From: Pseudomonadota bacterium
GTDB taxonomy: Bacteria > Pseudomonadota > Alphaproteobacteria > Rhodobacterales > Rhodobacteraceae
Length of the DNA stretch: 64,000 bases
Assembly: GCA_049323795.1 (NCBI GenBank)
Contig: JBMOOH010000005.1
Location: forward strand, 2,261-66,260
Direction of reading: 5' to 3'
Shown here: positions 1 through 11,186 of the stretch, piece after piece
How positions within the stretch are numbered: position 1 is the stretch's first letter
Layout: every line of letters starts with the position of its first letter
The notes under the pieces: generated by a model
Databases searched by the model: none
The model's input: only the letters and a program-made list of their open reading frames with translations
What the model was told of the DNA's origin: nothing
Position numbers and translations under genes: made by a program

Positions 1-284
1 GCGAACGCGAGATCCATCCCGAGGACGCGGGCCTCGCGCCGCATCCGTTCGAGGCGCTTCTCGGAGGCTCTCCCGAACGGAACGCGGCCGCCCTGCGCGC
101 CCTTCTCGGCGGGGCGGGCGGTGCCTACCGGGACGCGGTGCTGCTGAACGCCGCGGCGGCGCTCGTCGTGGCCGGCCGCGCGGCGGATCTGCGCGAGGGG
201 GTGGCGCGGGCCGCCGAAAGCATCGACAGCGGCGCGGCCGCGGCCAAGCTCGCCGCGCTGGCCGCGGCGACGCGCGCAGCGTGA
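1..284 (+). CDS. trpD: anthranilate phosphoribosyltransferase, C-terminal fragment (5' end outside window)
   Basis: Frame starting at nt 3 reads ...[48 protein letters not shown]... and stops at TGA 282-284. This is a typical TrpD C-terminus, and trpC lies downstream. Confidence 0.8.
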   Translation, partial: EREIHPEDAGLAPHPFEALLGGSPERNAAALRALLGGAGGAYRDAVLLNAAAALVVAGRAADLREGVARAAESIDSGAAAAKLAALAAATRAA

Positions 285-940
285 GCCTTCCCGAGGCCTG
301 GGCGGCGCTGCCCTTCTTCCGCCGCGACTGGCCTGCGATCGCGGCGCGGCTCGGGCGCGAGCCCGATGCCCTGCCTGCTCCGGACCGCCGTTTCGCCGCG
401 CTCGCCATGACGCCACCGGACCGGGTACGGGTGGTAATCCTCGGCCAGGATCCCTATCCGACCCCCGGCCACGCCAATGGCCTCGCCTTCTCGGTGGCCC
501 CGAGGGTGAGACCCCTGCCCCGGTCGCTGTCGAACATCTTCAGGGAGCTGCAGTCCGATCTGGGTGCGAGTCCTGCGACCGGCGATCTGAGCCACTGGGC
601 GCGGCAGGGGGTGCTGCTGCTCAACACCTGCCTGACCGTCCGGCCCGGCGCCGCCGGCGCCCATGCCGGACTCGGGTGGGAGAAGCTGGCCGAAGAGGTG
701 CTCGGCCATGTGTCGGCCCGCCCGACCGCCTTCGTTCTCTGGGGCGCCCGGGCGCAGGGCCTGTCGCGCCACATCCGCGCGGACGGCCATCTGATCGTGA
801 CTTCCGCCCATCCCTCGCCCCTCTCGGCGGGCCGCGGCTTCTTCGGATCGCGCCCGTTCAGCCGGGTGAACGCCTGGCTCGCCGCGCGGGGCGAGGCGCC
901 GATCGACTGGGCCGACCCCCGCATGACGGCCCCCGCGTGA
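281..940 (+). CDS. ung: uracil-DNA glycosylase (family 1)
   Basis: 219-aa ORF with the UDG motifs [16 protein letters not shown] and HPSPLSA. The GTG start overlaps the trpD stop (GTGA). Confidence 0.85.
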   Translation: MSLPEAWAALPFFRRDWPAIAARLGREPDALPAPDRRFAALAMTPPDRVRVVILGQDPYPTPGHANGLAFSVAPRVRPLPRSLSNIFRELQSDLGASPATGDLSHWARQGVLLLNTCLTVRPGAAGAHAGLGWEKLAEEVLGHVSARPTAFVLWGARAQGLSRHIRADGHLIVTSAHPSPLSAGRGFFGSRPFSRVNAWLAARGEAPIDWADPRMTAPA

Positions 941-987
941 CGGCCCCTGCGTGACGGCCCCTGCGTGACGGCCCCTGCGTGACGGCG
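923..987. repeat. 14-bp tandem repeat, about 4.5 copies (atgacggcccccgc / gtgacggcccctgc x3 / gtgacggcg...)
   Basis: Read directly. Units start at 923, 937, 951, 965 and 979. The ung stop codon (938-940) lies in the second unit. Confidence 0.9.
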
Positions 988-1074
988 CGGGCGGGCCGGC
1001 GCGGGTCTGCGCGACCTCTGCCCGCCGCGCTCCCTGCGCTTTCCAACGGGCGGCGGCTTGGATATGACAGGCGC

Positions 1075-1878
1075 ATGGACATTCTCGACAGGATCAAGGC
1101 CTACAAGCTCGAGGAAGTGGCATCGGCCAAGCGCGCCCGGTCGCGCGCCGGCCTCGACGACGAGGCCCGCGCCGCGCCAGCCGTCCGGCCCTTCGCCGAA
1201 GCGCTCGGCGCCGCGGCGGGCCGGGGCTACGGGCTGATCGCCGAGATCAAGAGGGCCTCGCCCTCGAGGGGGCTGATCCGGTCCGACTTCGACCCGCCGG
1301 CGCTCGCCCGCGCCTACGCGGCCGGGGGCGCGACCTGCCTGTCGGTCCTGACCGACGCGCCTTCGTTCCAGGGCGCGCCGGAATTCCTGACGGCGGCGCG
1401 CGCGGCCACGTCGCTGCCGGTCCTCCGCAAGGACTTCATGTACGACACCTGGCAGGTGGCCGAGGCGCGCGCCTGGGGGGCGGACTGCATCCTCGTCATC
1501 CTCGCCTCGGTCAGCGACGCCCAGGCGGCCGAGCTTGAGGACGCCGCGCGCGGATGGGGGATGGACGCGCTTCTTGAGGTTCACGACGACGCCGAGCTTG
1601 ACCGGGCGCTGGCGCTGAACGCGCGGCTGATCGGGATCAACAACCGCAACCTCCGCACCTTCGGGGTGAGCCTCGACACCTCGCGCCGCCTCTCGGGGCG
1701 CGTGCCGGCCGGGCGGATCGCCGTCGCCGAGAGCGGCCTCGCCACTCCCGCCGACCTTGCCGATCTTGCGGGATTCGGCGCGCGCTGCTTCCTCGTCGGG
1801 GAAAGCCTGATGCGGCAGCCCGACGTTGCCGCCGCGACCCGCGCGCTTCTCACCGACCCGGTTCCGGCGGAAGGCTGA
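1075..1878 (+). CDS. trpC: indole-3-glycerol phosphate synthase
   Basis: [15 protein letters not shown]...[12 protein letters not shown]...LRKDF...[11 protein letters not shown] at 1075 inside the longer track ORF 979..1878, whose upstream part is the tandem repeat. Confidence 0.9.
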   Translation: MDILDRIKAYKLEEVASAKRARSRAGLDDEARAAPAVRPFAEALGAAAGRGYGLIAEIKRASPSRGLIRSDFDPPALARAYAAGGATCLSVLTDAPSFQGAPEFLTAARAATSLPVLRKDFMYDTWQVAEARAWGADCILVILASVSDAQAAELEDAARGWGMDALLEVHDDAELDRALALNARLIGINNRNLRTFGVSLDTSRRLSGRVPAGRIAVAESGLATPADLADLAGFGARCFLVGESLMRQPDVAAATRALLTDPVPAEG

Positions 1879-1879
1879 C

Positions 1880-2356
1880 ATGGCACTCAGCCACTTCGAC
1901 GCCGAGGGCAAGGCGCACATGGTGGATGTCGGCGCGAAGGCCGAGACGCGCCGCCGCGCGGTGGCCGAGGCGCGGGTGCGGATGTCGCCGGGAACGCTCG
2001 ACCTGGCCATGTCGGGCACGGCGGCGAAGGGCGATGTGCTGGGGGTCGCGCGGATCGCCGGCATCATCGCCGCGAAGCGCACGTCCGACCTGATCCCCCT
2101 CTGCCATCCGCTCGCGCTGACCCGGGTGAGCGTGGATCTGACCGCCGATCCCGGGCTGCCCGGCCTCCGCATCGAGGCGACGGTCGAGACCTCGGGCCGC
2201 ACCGGCGTCGAGATGGAGGCGCTGACGGCGGCGAGCGTGGCGGCGCTGACGGTCTACGACATGCTAAAGGCCGCCGAGAAGGGTATGACCATCGAGGGCA
2301 TCCGGCTTCTGGTCAAGGAAGGCGGAAAATCAGGACGTTACGAGGCGTCCCCGTGA
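1880..2356 (+). CDS. moaC: cyclic pyranopterin monophosphate synthase MoaC
   Basis: [20 protein letters not shown]...LIPLCHPL...[23 protein letters not shown] at 1880, 1 nt after the trpC stop. Confidence 0.9.
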   Translation: MALSHFDAEGKAHMVDVGAKAETRRRAVAEARVRMSPGTLDLAMSGTAAKGDVLGVARIAGIIAAKRTSDLIPLCHPLALTRVSVDLTADPGLPGLRIEATVETSGRTGVEMEALTAASVAALTVYDMLKAAEKGMTIEGIRLLVKEGGKSGRYEASP

Positions 2357-3534
2357 TTTCTGTCGAAGAGGCTCTGGCACGGGTCCTGGCTCTGGCGCCC
2401 GCGGAGCCCGAGCCCAGGACAGTGCCGCTCCGCGAGGCGTCGGGACGGGTGCTCGTCCGGGATGCCGTGGCCGGCCTGACCCAGCCGCCGTTTCCCGCCT
2501 CGGCCATGGATGGCTATGCGATCCGGGACGCCGATCACCGACCCGGCGCGGTTCTGGCCGTCAGCGGCACCTCGGCGGCGGGACATTCCTTCACCGGCGG
2601 GGTCGGACCGGGCGAAGCCGTGCGCATCTTCACCGGCGCCCCGGTGCCGGGGGGTGCAGAGCGTGTCGTCCTTCAGGAAGACGTGACGTACGCGGAAGGC
2701 CGCATCACGCTCGGACCGAGGATCGGGACGGCGCGTCATGTCCGACCGGCAGGGCAGGACTTTCGCCGGGGCGACCGTCTCGCCGCGCCGCGGCTGCTGT
2801 CGCCGCGCGACCTTGCCCTCGTCGCCGCGATGAACCTTGCCGAGGTCACGGTGGCGCGTCGCCCCGTGGTCGCAATCCTGCCGACCGGGGACGAACTCGT
2901 GATGCCCGGCGAGGCACCGCGCCCCGACCAGATCGTCGCCTCGAACGTCTTCGGGCTTGCCGCGATGGCCGAGGCTGCGGGGGCCGAGGCGCGCCTGCTT
3001 CCCATTGCGCGTGACAGCCGCGAAAGCCTGACCTTCGCCTTCGGGCTGGCCGAAGACGCGGACCTGATCCTGACGGTCGGGGGAGCCTCGGTGGGCGACC
3101 ACGACCTTGTCGGGCCGGTGTCCCTGGACCTCGGCTTCGAGCGCGCCTTCTGGAGCGTCGCCATGCGGCCGGGCAAGCCGCTCATGGCCGGACGGCGGGG
3201 CCGGACCGTGCTGCTCGGGCTGCCGGGAAACCCCGTCTCGGCAATCGTCTGCGCCCATCTCTTCATGCGTCCGCTGATCGCCGCGATGCAGGGGCTGCCG
3301 CACCGGCCGGATCCGGTGGTGCGGGCGGAACTTCTGGCGCCCGTCGCGGCGAACGGCCCGCGGGCGCACTACCTGCGGGCAAGATTCGACCGCGGGCGGA
3401 CAGCGGTGCATCCCTTCGACCGGCAGGATTCGGCGCTCCTGTCCGTCCTGGCCGAGGCGGATGCGCTGATCGTGCTTCCCCCCGGCGCAGCGGCCCTGGT
3501 TCCGGGTCAGATCGTGGACTGCCTCGCCCTCTGA
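2353..3534 (+). CDS. moeA: molybdopterin molybdotransferase MoeA
   Basis: 393 aa; [15 protein letters not shown] and GGASVGDHD motifs. GTG start overlaps the moaC stop (GTGA). Confidence 0.9.
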   Translation: MISVEEALARVLALAPAEPEPRTVPLREASGRVLVRDAVAGLTQPPFPASAMDGYAIRDADHRPGAVLAVSGTSAAGHSFTGGVGPGEAVRIFTGAPVPGGAERVVLQEDVTYAEGRITLGPRIGTARHVRPAGQDFRRGDRLAAPRLLSPRDLALVAAMNLAEVTVARRPVVAILPTGDELVMPGEAPRPDQIVASNVFGLAAMAEAAGAEARLLPIARDSRESLTFAFGLAEDADLILTVGGASVGDHDLVGPVSLDLGFERAFWSVAMRPGKPLMAGRRGRTVLLGLPGNPVSAIVCAHLFMRPLIAAMQGLPHRPDPVVRAELLAPVAANGPRAHYLRARFDRGRTAVHPFDRQDSALLSVLAEADALIVLPPGAAALVPGQIVDCLAL

Positions 3535-3551
3535 CGGCCGGGCGCGCGGCG

Positions 3552-3591
3552 TTGACACAAACAGGGAACGCGCGTAGAACAACGACCGAAC
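3552..3591 (+). promoter_or_regulatory. lexA promoter with three direct GAAC repeats (two overlapping alpha-type SOS boxes GAAC-N7-GAAC)
   Basis: TTGACA at 3552-3557 and TAGAAC at 3575-3580 (17-bp spacer). GAAC at 3566, 3577 and 3588, spaced 11 bp. This matches the GTTC-N7-GTTC LexA operator described for Rhodobacter sphaeroides and other alphaproteobacteria. Confidence 0.75.
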
Positions 3592-3623
3592 GTCACGGAA
3601 GCGCAGAGGAGGTCCGTGCAGGC

Positions 3624-4310
3624 ATGCTGACCCGCAAGCAACTGGAACTTCTGGACTTCATCAGGAAACGGATGGACAGGGACGGTGTGCCGCCCTCCTT
3701 CGACGAGATGAAGGATGCCCTCGACCTGCGCTCGAAGTCGGGAATCCACCGCCTCATCACCGCGCTCGAGGAAAGGGGGTTCATCCGCCGGCTCGCCCAT
3801 CGCGCCCGCGCGCTCGAGATCGTGAAGCTGCCCGAGGCGATGGAGAGGCCCGGTTTCAGCCCGCGCGTCATCAGGGGCGACCGTCCCGAACAGCCCAGGG
3901 GCGCCATGCCCGTCTCGCCCGTCCATGCGCTGGAGCTTCCGGTGATGGGCCGGATTGCCGCAGGCGTGCCGATCGAAGCGATCTCGGAGGTCAGCCACCA
4001 CGTCGCGGTGCCAGGCTCCATGCTTTCGGGCAAGGGGCAGCACTACGCGCTCGAGGTGAAGGGCGACTCGATGATCGAGGCGGGCATCAACGACGGCGAC
4101 ATCGTCGTGATCCGCGAACAGAGCACCGCCGAGAACGGCGACATCGTGGTGGCGCTTGTCGAGGGGCACGAGGCCACCCTGAAGCGATTCCGCCGCAGGG
4201 GCGGCATGATCGCGCTCGAAGCCGCCAACCCGTCCTACGAGACACGGGTGCTTCCCGATCACGCGGTGCGCGTGCAGGGGCGTCTCGTCGGGCTGATCCG
4301 CAGCTACTGA
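3624..4310 (+). CDS. lexA: LexA repressor
   Basis: [29 protein letters not shown]...; cleavage/peptidase motifs AAG and GDSM...ATLKR. ATG at 3624 with a GGAGG upstream. Confidence 0.95.
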   Translation: MLTRKQLELLDFIRKRMDRDGVPPSFDEMKDALDLRSKSGIHRLITALEERGFIRRLAHRARALEIVKLPEAMERPGFSPRVIRGDRPEQPRGAMPVSPVHALELPVMGRIAAGVPIEAISEVSHHVAVPGSMLSGKGQHYALEVKGDSMIEAGINDGDIVVIREQSTAENGDIVVALVEGHEATLKRFRRRGGMIALEAANPSYETRVLPDHAVRVQGRLVGLIRSY

Positions 4311-6410
4311 AGCGCCACCGCTGCTCCGGATGGCGCGTCCGGCATCCCGTCACGCGGGCCGGTTCCCGTCCGGCCCCTCGGGGCGCGCATGTTCCAGAGC
4401 CGCGCCCCGGCCGTGTCGCGCGCGGTGATGACGGTCAGATCCGCCCCTAGGGCCACGGCCCCCGACCGGGCGAGCCGTCCCGCATCGAAGAGCAGGCAGT
4501 CGCCCGGCGGCGGACCAGCCCAGACCGCGTCGGTCACGACGACGGCACCGGCGGTGCAGACCGCGGCCAGCCGTTCCGGGGCGGTCTTGCCGGTCAGGTG
4601 CCAGAGGGACCGTCCGGCAAACTCGCCCCGCATCTGCCCCCGCTTGCCCCGGAACAGGCCCCGTCCGAAGGCCTGCTCCTGGTCCGCGAGGTCGCCGTCA
4701 TCCTGAAGCCATCTCGCCGCGATGAACCCCGCCCCCTTCGGCCTGGACAGGGCCCGGCCCGAGGCCGTCATCACCCCGACGAGCCTGCCGTCGCCCGAGA
4801 TCAGGACCGCGGGCCTCTCGACCGCCGTCCAGAGGACCGCGGCCCCCGCAAGGAAGGGCACCCCGGCGAGGCGCAGCCACCCCCGCGACAGGCCGGCAAG
4901 GATGGCACCCGCCGCAAGGAGGGGCAGCGTCGCCGGCGGCGGGGCCGGCACAGCGCCGACCGCTCCGTCCAGTCCCGCGACCCAGGCAGCGATGGCAAGG
5001 ATCAGTGCCGTGCCCCGCTCCATGACCCAGAGCGCGGGCTGGGCCAGCCCGAACGGCGCGAGAAGCCCCGCCATCACGCCCGCGGGCATCACCGCGACGC
5101 CCATGACCGGTACGGCAAGCAGGTTTGCCAGAAGCCCGTAGGCCGCGACCCGGTTGAACTGCGCCGCCGCGATCGGCGCGGTCGCAAGCCCCGCCGCAAG
5201 CGACGAGACGACCAGCATCGCGACCTGGCGGAGGAGGAACGGCAGCCGCGCCTGCCGCCCCATAAGCGGGCCGAGCGTGACGATCAGCGCCGCCGTCGCC
5301 GCAAAGGACATCTGGAACCCGGGCTCGATCAGGCTTTCGGGTTCGAGCAGGAGAACGATGACCGCCGCCACCGCCAGCGACCGGAGCGAGATCGCACGCC
5401 GGTCGGCGAGGACGGCCGCCAGCATGACCGCCACCATGACGAAGGCGCGCCGGGTCGCGACATCCGGCCCGGCCAGCGCCAGGTACGCGGCCGCCGCGAC
5501 CAGCGCGACCGCGGCGGCGATCTTCTTCGTCGGAACCCTGAGCGCGACCGCGGGAACGAGCGCCAGTCCATAGCGGACGAGGCCGAAGACGAAGCCGGTC
5601 AGAAGCCCCATGTGCAGGCCCGAGATCGATATCATGTGGCTGAGGTTCGAGGCGCGCATCACCTCGTTCGTCGCTGCGTCCACGCCCGACCGGTCCCCGG
5701 TCATGAAGGCTGCGGCCAGGGCGCCCGGCTGGCCCTCCATCCGGGCCTGCATCGCCGCCGAAAGGGCCATCCGCGCGCGGAAGGCCGCAAGCCCGATCCC
5801 CCCCTCGGGCGGGTCGAGCTCGAGCACGGGGGCGCGGGTGTAGCCGATCGCCCCGAGGCCCGAAAACCAGGCCATGCGCCGGAAGTCGAAGCCTCCCGGC
5901 GCGGCGGGCCCGTCCGGGGGGGCGAGAAAGCCGGTCAGGATCGCCGTTGTCCCCGGCTGGATCGGCGGACCCGCCGCGGCGCCCCGGAGCGACACGCGAA
6001 CCCGCGCCGGCGTGTCGGCGGGCCGGACATCGCCGAGGACGACCCGGTCGAGCGTCAGGCGGATGGCATCCGAAGGGCTGCGGTCGATGCCCACCACCCT
6101 GCCCTGCACCGGGCCGTAGTACCGGAACGGCAGGACCGGCGCGGCCACCGCATGCGCGCGCCAGGCTGCCAGGGCGAACCCCGCAGCGAGGAGCGCGGCG
6201 GCAGCGGCCGGAACGCGCAGGCGGGCCGGGCAGGCGGACGAGGAGCAGCGCCGGAACCGACGCGGCGGAAAGCGCGAGGATCCCCGTCCCCGGTTCGGCC
6301 GGAAGGCCGAAGTAGACGCCGATTCCCGTGCCGAGCAGGACGGGCACCCAGAGAAAGAGCGTGCCCTCCGCCTCGGCGAGCCGGTCGAGAGGCACCAGAA
6401 GCCGCTCCAC
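4304..6410 (-). CDS. comEC: ComEC/Rec2 family competence membrane protein, with an apparent frameshift near 6213-6236
   Basis: The main frame (track ORF 4304..6490) carries the ComEC body. The typical N-terminus [40 protein letters not shown] is in another frame (track ORF 4698..6410, start 6410). The two frames meet in the cccggcccgcc run. Confidence 0.75.
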
Positions 6411-6492
6411 CCTTGTCTCACTGCCCCCGCTTGCCTAATGAACGTCGGGTTGACTGTTGCAACGCTTGGTTTCCGAAAGGTTAAGGCCACAG

Positions 6493-7905
6493 ATGCCCGG
6501 CCCCGTCGTCACGCGATTCGCGCCCTCGCCCACGGGCTATCTGCACATCGGCGGCGCCCGGACCGCGCTCTTCAACTGGCTCTATGCCCGCGGCCGGAAG
6601 GGCCGGTTCCTGCTGCGGATCGAGGACACCGACCGGGCGCGCTCGACCCCGGAGGCAACCGAGGCGATCCTGAAGGGGCTGACCTGGCTCGGGCTCGACT
6701 GGGACGGCGATGTCGTCAGCCAGTTCTCGCGCAGGGACCGCCACGCCGAGGTCGCGCGCGAGATGCTCCGGCGCGGCGCGGCCTACAAGTGCTTCTGCAC
6801 GCAAGGCGAAATCGAGGCCTTCCGCGAAACCGCCCGCGCCGAGGGCCGCTCGACGCTGTTCCTGTCGCCGTGGCGCGATGCCGACCCGGCGACGCATCCC
6901 GACGCGCCCTACGTGATCCGCCTGAAGGCGCCGCGCGACGGCGAGACGGTGATCGAGGACGAGGTGCAGGGCCGGGTCGTCTTCCGCAACGACCAGCTCG
7001 ACGACATGGTGTGTTTACGCTCGGATGGTACACCGACCTACATGCTGGCCGTCGTGGTCGATGACAACGACCACGGCGTCACGCATGTCATCCGTGGGGA
7101 CGACCACCTGAACAACGCGGCCCGCCAGACGCAGATCTATCGCGCGATGGGCTGGGATGTGCCAACTTGGGCGCATATCCCGCTGATCCACGGGCCGGAT
7201 GGCAGGAAGCTCAGCAAGCGGCACGGGGCGGTCGGCCTGCACGACTACGCCGCGATGGGCTATCCTGCCTCGGCGATGCGGAACTATCTCTGCCGTCTCG
7301 GCTGGAGCCATGGCGACGACGAGTTCTTCACCGACGCGCAGGCAATCGCGTGGTTCGACCTGCCGCAGATCGGACGCGCGCCCGCGCGGCTCGACTTCAG
7401 GAAGCTCGAGAACCTTTCGGGGCTTCATATTGCAGCCGCAGAAAACGCGGCGCTCCTCGTCGAAATCGAGGCATTTCTTGCCGCGTCGGGCCGGAAACCG
7501 CTGACCGCGGCGCAGCGCGAGGGCCTGGGCCGGGCCATGGACACGCTCAAGGATCGCGCGAAAACATTTCCTGAACTTCTTGAAAAGGCGCACTTTGTTC
7601 TTGCATCTCGCCCGTTCCGCCCGGACGAGGCGGCGGCGCGGGTGCTCGATCCGGTATCCCGTGGTATACTGACCGAATTGACGCCGCATCTGCAAACTGC
7701 TAGCTGGACGCGGGATGATCTGGAGGCTTGCGTGGCGTCGTTCGCCGAGTCGCGCGCGATCGGTCTTGGAAAGATCGCCGCCCCTCTGCGCGCCGCCCTT
7801 GCCGGGCGGACGGTGACGCCGAGCGTGTTCGACATGATGATGGTGATCGGGCGGGACGAGACGATCGCCAGACTGAAGGACGCGGCCGGGCAGGATCCGT
7901 CCTGA
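6493..7905 (+). CDS. gltX: glutamate--tRNA ligase
   Basis: [29 protein letters not shown] (HIGG motif) and KLSKRHG (KMSKS motif). ATG at 6493. Confidence 0.95.
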   Translation: MPGPVVTRFAPSPTGYLHIGGARTALFNWLYARGRKGRFLLRIEDTDRARSTPEATEAILKGLTWLGLDWDGDVVSQFSRRDRHAEVAREMLRRGAAYKCFCTQGEIEAFRETARAEGRSTLFLSPWRDADPATHPDAPYVIRLKAPRDGETVIEDEVQGRVVFRNDQLDDMVCLRSDGTPTYMLAVVVDDNDHGVTHVIRGDDHLNNAARQTQIYRAMGWDVPTWAHIPLIHGPDGRKLSKRHGAVGLHDYAAMGYPASAMRNYLCRLGWSHGDDEFFTDAQAIAWFDLPQIGRAPARLDFRKLENLSGLHIAAAENAALLVEIEAFLAASGRKPLTAAQREGLGRAMDTLKDRAKTFPELLEKAHFVLASRPFRPDEAAARVLDPVSRGILTELTPHLQTASWTRDDLEACVASFAESRAIGLGKIAAPLRAALAGRTVTPSVFDMMMVIGRDETIARLKDAAGQDPS

Positions 7906-7961
7906 CCGCCGGCGCTTTGACAACCGGACGCACGCGCCCGTGCGTCGAACTGGGGGATGAG

Positions 7962-9266
7962 ATGGCCGATACCAAGCTGCCCGCAAAGACCGCGACGCTG
8001 ACCTGCGGGGGCAGGACCTTCGACATGCCGGTCCTCACGCCCACCCTCGGCCCCGACGTGGTGGACATCCGCAAGCTCTACGCCGAGACCGGGCTCTTCA
8101 CCTACGACCCCGGCTTCACCTCGACCGCGGCCTGCGAGTCGACGATCACTTATATCGACGGCGACAGGGGCGAGCTTCTCTACCGCGGCTACCCGATCGA
8201 GCAGCTCGCCGAGCACTCGAACTACATCGAGACCTGCTTCCTGCTTCTCTACGGCAACCTGCCCACCGCGGCCGAGCTTGCCGATTTCACCAGCCGTGTC
8301 ACCCGGCACACGATGGTGCACGAGCAGATGCACTACTTCTTCCGCGGCTTCCGGCGCGACGCGCATCCGATGGCCACGATGGTCGGTGTCGTCGGCGCGA
8401 TGAGCGCCTTCTACCACGACTCGACCGACATCAACGATCCCTGGCAGCGCGAGGTCGCGGCGATCCGCATGATCGCCAAGCTTCCGACCATCGCGGCGAT
8501 GGCCTACAAGTACTCGATGGGCCAGCCCTTCATGTATCCGAGGAACAACCTCGATTACGCGTCGAACTTCCTGCACATGTGCTTCGCGGTCCCCTGCGAG
8601 GACTACGTGGTGAACCCGGTCGTCGCCAAGGCAATGGACCGGATCATGATGCTCCATGCCGACCACGAGCAGAACGCCTCGACCTCGACGGTGCGTCTGG
8701 CGGGATCCTCGGGCGCCAACCCCTTCGCCTGCATCGCGGCCGGCATCGCCTGCCTCTGGGGCCCCGCCCACGGCGGCGCGAACCAGGCCGCGCTCGAGCA
8801 GTTGCGCGGGATCGGGACGGTGGACCGCATCCCCGAGTTCATCAAGCAGGCCAAGGACAGGAACTCGGGCATCCGCCTGATGGGCTTCGGCCACCGGGTC
8901 TACAAGAACTACGACCCCCGCGCGAAGGTCATGAAGCAGTCCGCCGACGAGGTGCTCGACCTCATGGGCATCCACAACAACCCGACCCTCCAGGTGGCGA
9001 AGGAACTCGAGCGCATCGCGCTCGAGGACGAGTATTTCGTGACCAAGAAGCTCTATCCGAACGTGGACTTCTACTCGGGCATCATCCTCGAGGCGATGGG
9101 CTTCCCGACCGCGATGTTCACGCCGATCTTCGCGATCAGCCGCACCGTCGGCTGGATCAGCCAGTGGAAAGAGATGATCGCGGACCCGACGCTGAAGATC
9201 GGCCGCCCGCGCCAGCTCTACATCGGGCCGGCGCGGCGGGATTACGTGGGCATCGGCAAGCGCTGA
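7962..9266 (+). CDS. gltA: citrate synthase
   Basis: [25 protein letters not shown]...[16 protein letters not shown]...[17 protein letters not shown] at 7962 inside the longer track ORF. Confidence 0.95.
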   Translation: MADTKLPAKTATLTCGGRTFDMPVLTPTLGPDVVDIRKLYAETGLFTYDPGFTSTAACESTITYIDGDRGELLYRGYPIEQLAEHSNYIETCFLLLYGNLPTAAELADFTSRVTRHTMVHEQMHYFFRGFRRDAHPMATMVGVVGAMSAFYHDSTDINDPWQREVAAIRMIAKLPTIAAMAYKYSMGQPFMYPRNNLDYASNFLHMCFAVPCEDYVVNPVVAKAMDRIMMLHADHEQNASTSTVRLAGSSGANPFACIAAGIACLWGPAHGGANQAALEQLRGIGTVDRIPEFIKQAKDRNSGIRLMGFGHRVYKNYDPRAKVMKQSADEVLDLMGIHNNPTLQVAKELERIALEDEYFVTKKLYPNVDFYSGIILEAMGFPTAMFTPIFAISRTVGWISQWKEMIADPTLKIGRPRQLYIGPARRDYVGIGKR

Positions 9267-9508
9267 CGCACCCTCTCCCGGCAGCATCCGGGCGGCCTCC
9301 GACGCGGCCTGGCCCGCGACGACACGGGCAACGGTCCGTTCTCGACTGTGAAGGGTCGGGCGGGCATTCTGTTGGGGGTTGTTCATCCTTCGGGGTCCTC
9401 GGCCGGAGTCTGGCGCCGGAGTCTGGCGATTGCAGCCCAACCCCGTTCCGGGTGAACAATCTCCTGAGAACAGCTAGACCACCGCTTCCCGCCTGACGCC
9501 GGGCGTCG

Positions 9509-9772
9509 TCACTTTTGCGATCGAAGATCCTTCAACGCGGCCTGGTCCGGCATCGCCACGGCCAAGAGCCTCTTGAGCGTGCCATTCTCGTCCTCGATCG
9601 CCTTGAGCCGCTTTGCGCCGGCGACATCCATCCCGCCGAACTTCGCCTTCCAGGCATGGAACGTGGCTTCCGACATGCCCTGCTTACGGCCGAGATCCGC
9701 CGTCTTTGCACCAGCCTCATGCTCGCGCACTATCCCGATGACCTTCTCTTCCGTGTATCTCGCCCGTTTCAC
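9509..9772 (-). CDS. IS3-family transposase OrfA (HTH part only)
   Basis: MKRARYTEEKVIGIVREHEAGAKTADLGRKQGMSEATFHAWKAKFGGMDVAGAKRLKAIEDENGTLKRLL is the IS3/IS407-group OrfA pattern. No orfB follows. Confidence 0.85.
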   Translation of the reverse strand: MKRARYTEEKVIGIVREHEAGAKTADLGRKQGMSEATFHAWKAKFGGMDVAGAKRLKAIEDENGTLKRLLAVAMPDQAALKDLRSQK

Positions 9773-9830
9773 TCTCCGGTCCCCTCGTCGGGCCGGACCC
9801 TGGCATCAGGTGGACGAGTTATCGGGGTCA
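9509..9830 (-). mobile_element. truncated IS3-family element (orfA only, orfB and distal end missing)
   Basis: orfA has no downstream orfB before the gltA stop. A possible left end TGACCCCGATAACTCGTCCACCTGATGCC (minus strand) starts at 9830. That boundary is a guess. Confidence 0.5.
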
Positions 9831-10052
9831 GAACACTCCAACCGCCGGCAAAATCGGCACGGGACGGTCGCCGGACTAACCTGCGTCAGTGCAGAAGGGC
9901 TCGGACATGGGACAGATGGAGATGTGCCCGCCGAATGGTTGGGGGCACGGTTTTTCCGAGTACCCGAGAAGCGTATGGGCATGCGGCAACCCAATCTGTC
10001 CGCATGCCTGCGCGCTTCCTATTCTCGGAACGTCCAGGAAAGGACAATCCCA

Positions 10053-10241
10053 ATGACTGACGACCACGGCAAGACCGCCGACAAGATGAAATCCGTCAAA
10101 GCCGCCTGGGACAAGGCGCCCTCCGGCCCGAAGAAGGATGCGGCCCTGAAGCACTATCAGGCGGCGGAGAAGGCGCACACGGCCCACAACCACGCCGAGA
10201 CCGACAAGGAACTCGACGCGGCGACCCACGCCCTTGCGTGA
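10053..10241 (+). CDS. small hypothetical protein (62 aa, Lys/His/Ala-rich)
   Basis: ATG at 10053 preceded by AGGAAAGGA. It is the 3' part of track ORF 9573..10241. No family recognised. Confidence 0.4.
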   Translation: MTDDHGKTADKMKSVKAAWDKAPSGPKKDAALKHYQAAEKAHTAHNHAETDKELDAATHALA

Positions 10242-10299
10242 CGTCCGGCGTCTGACGTGACCACCGGGGCCGCCTGCCGATCGACGGAGGGCGGCCCTC

Positions 10300-11034
10300 T
10301 CATTTCAGGAGTGGTCCCGCCTGATCCAGGTATGCGGGATCGAACTCCGCAAGTTCCACCAGCCGGTCATGGTCGTGAATCGACACATGTCCGTCCCGGA
10401 AAGTCACCAGCCCATTTTCGCGGAGCTGTCGCAAGACGCGGTTCACGTGAACGGCACTCAGACCCAGCGCATCGGCCAGGTGATACTGCGTGAGCGGGCA
10501 ATCGTACCCTTCCTTGCCCCCCATGCCCACCAGCGCCAGCCTCGAACTCAGTTCCAGCAGGAAATGTGCCATGCGGGCATCCGCATCACGCCGGCCTATG
10601 CCGACGAGATGTTCGACCACCATCGCCTCGTCCCGCGACACCGCCCAGAGAACGGCCATCGCGAGGCGCGGCGTCTGCGCGAACGCCTTGAGAAGGTCGC
10701 CCGTCAGCACCTCGGCGGCATGGATGTCCACGATGGGCTCGAAACTGTGATCCGAGGTGCGCAACAGCACGCTGCGCAAGCCAAGGAAGTCCCCCGGCAA
10801 CTGGAAGTCGACAATCTGGCGCGTCCCGTCGGGCTGCAGCTTGTAGGAACAGACCCAACCCGCCGACAGGATGTAAGCTGCCTGCCCAGCCTGCCCCTGA
10901 TGCACCATGTCGCGCCCGGCGACGAAGGATCGGCGGCGCTGGTGCAGGCGCTCGAGCACGCTCAGCTCGGCCTCTGACAAAGCGACGAAGGCCGAGAGCT
11001 TGCGGGTGAGCGGGCTGGTCTCGGCTGGTGTCAT
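10300..11034 (-). CDS. Crp/Fnr family transcriptional regulator
   Basis: cNMP-binding fold followed by a C-terminal HTH (PLTQYHLADALGLSAVHVNRVLRQLRENGLV). ATG at 11034. No N-terminal Cys cluster, so not FNR-type. Confidence 0.8.
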   Translation of the reverse strand: MTPAETSPLTRKLSAFVALSEAELSVLERLHQRRRSFVAGRDMVHQGQAGQAAYILSAGWVCSYKLQPDGTRQIVDFQLPGDFLGLRSVLLRTSDHSFEPIVDIHAAEVLTGDLLKAFAQTPRLAMAVLWAVSRDEAMVVEHLVGIGRRDADARMAHFLLELSSRLALVGMGGKEGYDCPLTQYHLADALGLSAVHVNRVLRQLRENGLVTFRDGHVSIHDHDRLVELAEFDPAYLDQAGPLLK

Positions 11035-11186
11035 GGCCGCTCCCGTCCAGGTGCGATGCTCGAGCAGAAATCGGCCCGGAGACTGCTGTCGATCAGTCCA
11101 GCATAGAGCATTTCCTGCGAGAAGTGGGAACGCATCAGGCCAGATGTTCTGCCCGGATCGCGGCGCGACGAGAAGGAACACCGCAG

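Noticed and set aside
454-2202. Very long ORFs antisense to, or out of frame with, recognisable genes. Examples are 454..2202(-), 4598..6484(+), 7425..9440(-), 11499..13568(+), 17595..20825(+), 23706..26555(+), 35311..37782(+), 40233..42464(+), 43436..45307(+) and 52816..55482(+).
   Set aside because: Their products are Arg/Pro/Gly/Ala-rich low-complexity sequence with no motifs. Each lies opposite, or offset from, a gene with clear family motifs. Such shadow ORFs are expected in GC-rich DNA because stop codons are rare.
7917-7946. Consensus TTGACA (7917-7922) and an 8-bp hairpin GACGCACG-cgcc-CGTGCGTC (7927-7946) between gltX and gltA.
   Set aside because: No acceptable -10 lies 16-19 bp downstream of the TTGACA, and the hairpin has no U-tract. 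Either could be chance in a 56-nt spacer.
9573-10241. 222-aa track ORF spanning the IS remnant and downstream spacer.
   Set aside because: Its 5' two-thirds is antisense to the IS3 orfA and is low-complexity. Only the last 62 codons (from ATG 10053, which has an SD) look like a possible gene.
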